Source: Lingula anatina
Lineage: Eukaryota; Animalia; Brachiopoda
NCBI GenBank assembly: GCA_051362555.1
Contig: CM120648.1
Location: forward strand, 6,692,587 to 6,756,586
DNA: 64,000 nt
Reading direction: 5' to 3'
In this document: one piece after another, positions 62,201-64,000 of the stretch
Numbering within the stretch: position 1 is the stretch's first letter
Layout of the letters: the number at the start of each line of letters is the position of its first letter
The notes under the pieces: generated by a model
What the model was told of the DNA's origin: nothing
What the model saw: the letters and a program-made list of their open reading frames with translations, nothing else
Database searches by the model: none
Program-made: the position numbers and the translations under genes

Positions 62201-63579
62201 GCCATAGGGCCATGCATTACATAGGGGGTAATGGTGGTGTTCAAGAAGATGACCATGGCATACAGAGGTGTTATTCTGAAATCAAAAGTATTCGGACATT
62301 TCACGAATGAAAACAAAACAAAAAAAAAATGATAATAATGCATCTCTCAATTAACGTGTTAAGAATCTTTCCCCCTCCACCCCTCACCGGAAAAAATTGT
62401 CATACAAAATTATGACGGCAAGTCTAAACACAAATACATTAATATATGACATTAAGATGAAATCGTTCAGTGTATGACATATTTTTCATTAAAAGATTAC
62501 TTATTTCAATCAAAAGGGATATAACTATTGTTCACCTCCAAAACCTGTGGATGTAGAAAAAGCTCATTTCTTTGAAGGTCACTTTTTTGAGCCTCTGTGC
62601 CCGGCCAAGAAACACGTACGACACAAAAAGACCACTGCAATATAGAACAGACAAATGTCAAAAGAAACAATGAAATTGACTTACAAATACGAGTTCTTAT
62701 ACAAGTGATATTGTATCTCAATATAGAACAAGATCAAGTGGTGAGATATGAAATGAAAATTTGAACTTTAGACGACGTACTATATTTGGTTCTTTCCCCA
62801 TCAGGATTGCTGTTTATGTTTTTTTCTGAATACATAACACAAATACATGAAAAAGATTGCGATTTGACCCACACCTCATAAGGAAGAAGACATCCACAGG
62901 AAAGGTACCATTGAATATCGCCATGAATGTAACCTCGTTGGCTTTCTGGAACACCTGTAGGGGGTTGGCTGAAAAAGAAAATTTCAGCTTACACCAAAAC
63001 TTAGAAGAAACATCCTTTGTTTGCTGTTATTCTTTTATGGTCATGATTTTCTAATGAGGTAACGACATATCTCAGTTGGAGTAGACTAGACGTCGCCAAC
63101 AATTGTTTTGTCCTACAAGTACAACACGACTGGTAATATTGATTTCGTTGTCTATGAACGGAGTTAAAAAAGGAAAGAAAAAATTAGCCTGGGATAAAAA
63201 GGAAGCAAAGGGGAGAATGCGATTGGAAATGGGGGGGGGGGGGGGGGCAATAAGACATTAAAAGAGAAAAAAGTTCTATACCGTTATTACAGTAAGGTGA
63301 TACGCATACGAAAATTTACCATCAATTAATTAAAAAAATATATAGTAAATAAATAAGATCTAAAGAAGAATAGCCAAAGGTCAGTTTATTGACCACCCTT
63401 ACAGAACATCACCCCGAAGGCCGTCATGGTGAAGTAAGTGTGCCCCAGTATCACCCATGTAATACTCAACACGCGGATAGCGTTCACACAGTGTAACGTG
63501 CCCGCTGGAGAATCCGTGTCCATTATCTTTTGTACGTTACTGTACAGTGAGAACGCTCGCAGGATCAGGAGACACTTTC
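59271..63579 (-). CDS. NRF-6/OACYL-like acyltransferase-3 membrane protein, 3' part (5' exons outside window); exons 63579-63403, 62968-62875, 62634-62536, 62275-62110, 61751-61672, 61383-61264, 61012-60895, 60580-60382, 60106-59964, 59399-59271
   Basis: AFSLYSNVQKI, LHCVNAIRVLSITWVILGHTY, VDVFFLMSGL, FYIHRFWRITPLY, CRMNWWQNLLYVNN, CMGWTWYLSNDMQFY, PWCRVGPYLVG, PLSRLVYSVFLIH and SLTIEVP; phases are consistent. Confidence 0.9.
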
Positions 63580-64000
63580 CTGTTTAAGGAAGAAATAAGT
63601 GTTTGTATTAAAAATTCTGATAAGCATATTACATATCACGAACATATATTACATATTTGATAATTTATAGATTTGAATTTATCTTTAACTTGTCATATAA
63701 AAATTATTGGAGTGTTTATTTATAAATATTTAGACATACTTTGCAGGCTTGGATCGTTTTCGTCAGGGGTGTTTCCACATGAACTTATGTCCATTATGTT
63801 ATGACTTTTGGGTGTAATTTGTGCGTACTCTGTTTTATTTATTTATTGTGGCAAATTAAATATGTAGATATTCTGCACGTTTCGTTCGCTATGCAAAAAA
63901 AAAAACAAATGTCCCAGTATAACACTGAAAAGGTTGCTGAGATGCATTCCAGCTACACTTTAATTTTAAGCACCCTTATTTTATATTACCTCTTTTCTTT

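Overview
AT-rich animal genomic DNA with spliceosomal introns, including two U12-type introns, plus many microsatellites and MITEs. It looks like an invertebrate, possibly lophotrochozoan, but the taxon cannot be fixed from the sequence. From left to right: IMPACT (-) head-to-head with LSG1 (+); SSR3/TRAP-gamma (-); a ~39 kb same-strand tandem array of GPR157/cAMP-receptor-like 7TM GPCRs (7 complete copies plus 1 5'-truncated copy, built partly by two visible segmental duplications); an intronless FolB(DHNA)-FolK(HPPK) fusion ORF (+), which is unexpected because animals lack de novo folate synthesis; and the 3' ten exons of an NRF-6/OACYL-like acyltransferase-3 gene (-). The most notable signals are the folB-folK fusion with altered catalytic residues (candidate horizontal acquisition or repurposed pterin-binding protein) and the GPCR array. 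The array shows hypervariable extracellular loops, a conserved ExxP[LI]L sorting motif, three paralog-specific introns and an orphan intact 3' half-gene. All exon boundaries were read by eye from splice signals and reading frame; no database searches were run.
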